64,000 nt of DNA, from assembly GCA_054600435.1 (NCBI GenBank), contig BAAIJX010000008.1, positions 1 to 64,000 on the forward strand. Direction: 5' to 3'. Positions within the stretch are counted from its first letter, which is position 1. The number at the start of each line of letters is the position of its first letter. Source of the stretch: Neophaeotheca triangularis. Its lineage: Eukaryota. The position numbers were made by a program, and so were the translations under genes. The notes under the pieces are model-generated. The model ran no database searches. It worked only from the letters and a program-made list of their open reading frames with translations, and was not told the DNA's origin. This document shows, in pieces, positions 61,112 through 64,000 of this stretch.

Positions 61112-61828
61112 TCAGCCTTCGTCTACCTCTCCATCTTCCCTCCTCTCCTGGTGGTCGTCGCCATTGACGTGCCCTTCAGTGACCCCCGCAGCCCCACTTG
61201 ACCCTTCATCTTCCCCATCGCTAGCGTCCAACTCATCCAGCTCCTCACCCAGCGCACTCTCCCTAGGTTCAAGTCTGTCCTCATCCTCCAAATACAGCCG
61301 TGGATTAAGCTTCGGTAACGTGGTGGCGCACATTCTCTGCTTCGTTAGAAGTTCGTCCACGAATTGATCCATGTGTGTCAATACCCAACCCTCCCTGGTC
61401 CTCCTCTTCAGCTTGCGCGAGTCGCTTAAGTATGGCTCCAGAGTGCTGTATATTTCTTCGTCCTTTTCCCATGCTAGACGGATGTAGAACATGGCCAATG
61501 CACGCAAATATTTGAACTCGGTCTGCTCGAGGTAGAAGAGGATGATTTCGCGCTTGGGAGTGAGTTGCAGTAATTTAAAGGCCAAGCACAGAAATGGCGA
61601 CGGTTTTTGCGAGACGCCGTAAGTCCCGCCGATGAAGTTGAGCTCGACAGCACGATCCAGGACAGTTGCTGCGTTCAGACCGAAACATTGCTCCATCCAA
61701 TAGAGCGAGGAGGTGATGCGATCGCGGACAGGTTTCTCGAATATCTTCAAGGGGTTGTCGCCATGAACCAGGATGCCGGAATAGCCTCGCTCATCGAGCG
61801 CCTTTTTGGCGTCGGCTTGATGCGCCAT
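61112..61828 (-). CDS. PRP38: Pre-mRNA splicing factor Prp38
   Basis: HGDNPLKIFEKPVRDRI..SLYWMEQCFGLNAAT, PSPFLCLAFKLLQL, FKYLRALA.FYIRL, HMDQFVDELL. Confidence 0.92.
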   Translation of the reverse strand: MAHQADAKKALDERGYSGILVHGDNPLKIFEKPVRDRITSSLYWMEQCFGLNAATVLDRAVELNFIGGTYGVSQKPSPFLCLAFKLLQLTPKREIILFYLEQTEFKYLRALAMFYIRLAWEKDEEIYSTLEPYLSDSRKLKRRTREGWVLTHMDQFVDELLTKQRMCATTLPKLNPRLYLEDEDRLEPRESALGEELDELDASDGEDEGSSGAAGVTEGHVNGDDHQERREDGEVDEG

Positions 61829-62115
61829 GGTTGCTTGACTTGAATGGTCAGAGGTGAAGGGGTAACAAAGGCACCTGCAGGGGGGAGTAGTAGGCTGGAC
61901 AGGGTAGCTTGAAAGTAAGAGGTACCTTATCGCCGCTAGGCGAGAGAAGATTGCATGACTCGCGCAGATACCTCGATTGTTGCTATGCCAACAGGACGCA
62001 TCTATCCAGAATTTCCACAGGTTCCGTAACGTCACACACATGCAGACACTCTCCCTCCGCGGTTCACTGGTTCCACTTGACAGGACACTACCACTCCTCA
62101 TGCTGCCGTCTTGCC

Positions 62116-63270
62116 ATGCTGTTGACCCAGAGCCAAGTATCCGTCGTAGTCTCTTCCATCGTTGTCTTCGTCTTCACCTTCCTGCTATTCATTTCCGGCT
62201 ACATACTACAACAACAAACCGTTCAGGAGCTACAACAAGCAATCAAACCCCGCCTTCCTCCGCCACCTCCTTCTTTGGCGCTGGACAGCCATGTCAAGCC
62301 TCTCGCAGAAGACCTCGAACGCTCACGACTGTTTGGCGGAAGTCTAGGTAGCAAGGGTCATGTCGCCTATCAGAAATTCGTAAAGCTGGAACAGAATCCC
62401 TCACATAACGTGGATTGGAAAAGGCTGGCGCACATTCAATTGGTCAGGAACCATCACGATGTCTGCAATGCATTGATGCTCTTTGGGGAATTGCACCGCT
62501 CGAGATCTCCGGCGAGACGGGTGCTTCTGTTCCCGCAAGCTTGGGCTTTGGAGAACAATGTCGGAAAGGGCGATATCTTGGATCCCTTTTTGGATATTAC
62601 TAGAAGGCTGTTGAGGTCGGCTGCACGGAGATACAAGGTCGAACTCCGACCAACTGCGCCTGTGATTGACGGGAACGACGACGAAGGACGACCGGAAGTC
62701 TATTCTCTAGCAAGTGCCTATGCTCTCTCCGACTTCGATAGGGTTATGAGCATCGAAACGCCTGGACTAATCCGCGACGCATCACCTCTGGACGCAGCGC
62801 TTGCTTTCACAGAGCCGGCACCATTTGCCATGCTTCACGACACCGTCGCCGGTGATGGGGTACATTCTGAAGACATTTTTTTATTCCAGCCATCCGTCGA
62901 GACGCACGATACCCTCTTGTCACAGCTCGAGGCGTATGCTACCTTTAACGACACCCTGCTTTCGACGGCCTTCCCCGAACCATTGCTACTTGCTTCCTCC
63001 TCAGAAAGCAGTGCATTGGTCAGATCTATCGCGCCGCTACATCAAGCCGGGCCAGGTTTCAACGCCACAGCCTTTCTTTCCGACGCGGCTTACATTCGCT
63101 TCTCCGATCCAAAACTACCTGGTCCAGAATACGATGTCCCTTGGTCGTCGAAATTAGCTGCTCGGCCGAAGAACAAGGACGCAGACTGGGTGTGGACAAA
63201 GCTGTACGGGCAATTCGCGCAGAAGCGTATGGAGATGTGTGGCCTAGATCTGGAACCTTGGAGAGGATAA
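62116..63270 (+). CDS. Type II membrane GT8/Gnt1-like protein
   Basis: N-terminal TM; WKRLAHIQLV...CNALMLFGELHR..SPARRVLLFP resembles the Gnt1-type GT8 N-terminus; YIRFSD.KLP.P and W..LY..F...RM..C at the C-terminus. Confidence 0.65.
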   Translation: MLLTQSQVSVVVSSIVVFVFTFLLFISGYILQQQTVQELQQAIKPRLPPPPPSLALDSHVKPLAEDLERSRLFGGSLGSKGHVAYQKFVKLEQNPSHNVDWKRLAHIQLVRNHHDVCNALMLFGELHRSRSPARRVLLFPQAWALENNVGKGDILDPFLDITRRLLRSAARRYKVELRPTAPVIDGNDDEGRPEVYSLASAYALSDFDRVMSIETPGLIRDASPLDAALAFTEPAPFAMLHDTVAGDGVHSEDIFLFQPSVETHDTLLSQLEAYATFNDTLLSTAFPEPLLLASSSESSALVRSIAPLHQAGPGFNATAFLSDAAYIRFSDPKLPGPEYDVPWSSKLAARPKNKDADWVWTKLYGQFAQKRMEMCGLDLEPWRG

Positions 63271-63862
63271 TGCATCTATGGATGAGCGTTCTGGGGTTGG
63301 GAAAAAGGGGATTGCATGGTTTGCATGGTGTTTCGAAGGGCGACTTGGCGCTCTCCGTGGCAACTGGCCGCGAGCAACGGCGGCTGCTTGTAGATTTGAT
63401 ACCCAATGATGCGCTCATACTGAATAACGTTAATAGGAAGAGAAAATAGAACGTATCTCGATGAATTGCGCCAAACGACAATAGTCACAATACCTACGGG
63501 AACGGTGGGGCTGCGGAGGTCATATTGCGACTTTATTGACCATGGCCTTCCCACATCACTGACCATGCCACCGTGCGCACTTCTTCTAATGATGGCGAAG
63601 AGGATGTTGAGATGCGGCAAGCCCTGGGCGAAGGGAAGGCGCCGCCCAAATCAACCCGGAGGCACCCTGCTGTCTCCGAACGCTTGCCCGACCTCCTTAC
63701 GCCTCCAGTCTTCCGCGGCACTGATGTCAAATTCACAATCTCCATATAGATCATACGTTCAACTGGATATTACACACGTACGTAAAGGCTCAAAACCGCC
63801 GCAGCCAGACAATTTTTGTGTTCCCTTGCTCCCACCCTGGACAGTGAAACCACACAGCATGC

Positions 63863-64000
63863 TCAAATAACGCGTCCCTTGACCTGCTTGTTCTTCCTGA
63901 CATCAATGTCCCTCCAGCAAGCCACGGCAACAAAAGCAATAGCGAGCACGGCTGTACCACCGATCAGCATGAATTTCTGCGCATCGCCGTAAGCGCGGCT
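63863..64000 (-). CDS. 3' end of a siderophore-iron MFS transporter (MirB/Str type), partial
   Basis: Reads SRAYGDAQKFMLIGGTAVLAIAFVAVACWRDIDVRKNKQVKGRVI*, matching the SIT-family C-terminus. Confidence 0.75.
   Translation of the reverse strand, partial: SRAYGDAQKFMLIGGTAVLAIAFVAVACWRDIDVRKNKQVKGRVI

Noticed and set aside
61943..61969. U6 snRNA-like words (AGAGAAGATT-GCATG…GCGCA) just upstream of PRP38
   Set aside because: Lacks the ACAGAGA box, needs gaps to align and has no other U6 sequence or poly-T terminator; probably chance
63863..64000. Suspected frameshift in the siderophore transporter end
   Set aside because: Re-reading shows TGG AGG GAC ATT; the frame is intact
1..64000. tRNA, rRNA, CRISPR, intact transposon, or TGA-CTA readthrough signals
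   Set aside because: GTTCGA hits lack cloverleaf context; no transposase/RT motifs or spaced repeats seen; none of the stop codons checked has the TGA CTA context

Overview
Gene-dense eukaryotic DNA from a filamentous ascomycete (short GT-AG introns with CTRAC/CTAAT branch points; Pezizomycotina, probably a Dothideomycete, which is an inference). About 28 protein-coding genes are supported, mostly conserved housekeeping genes: RFX factor, Yop1, UPRT, Wapl, Sep1/Hcm1-type forkhead factor, Mmm1, an SDR, Sis1, Rai1, a GFA-domain protein, GH7 endoglucanase, Ale1, CENP-A, Derlin, Pho88/Snd3, Get5, cofilin, S1/P1 nuclease, coronin, Psr1, a Gac1-like PP1 subunit, Snx41/Atg20, an OGFr-domain protein, Bor1, Prp38, a GT8-like protein and the 3' end of a siderophore MFS transporter. 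There are also one or two orphan ORFs. I saw no tRNA, rRNA, CRISPR array or intact transposon. The most notable observations are: an exact copy of part of the forkhead gene at the left edge; a probable RIP-decayed gene relic; a CENP-A with an H3-like tail lacking the K4/K9 lysines; a GT8-like protein without the DxD motif; and a ~6.4 kb gene-free region that is a weak telomerase-RNA/lncRNA candidate. I cannot demonstrate a wholly new biological system from sequence alone.
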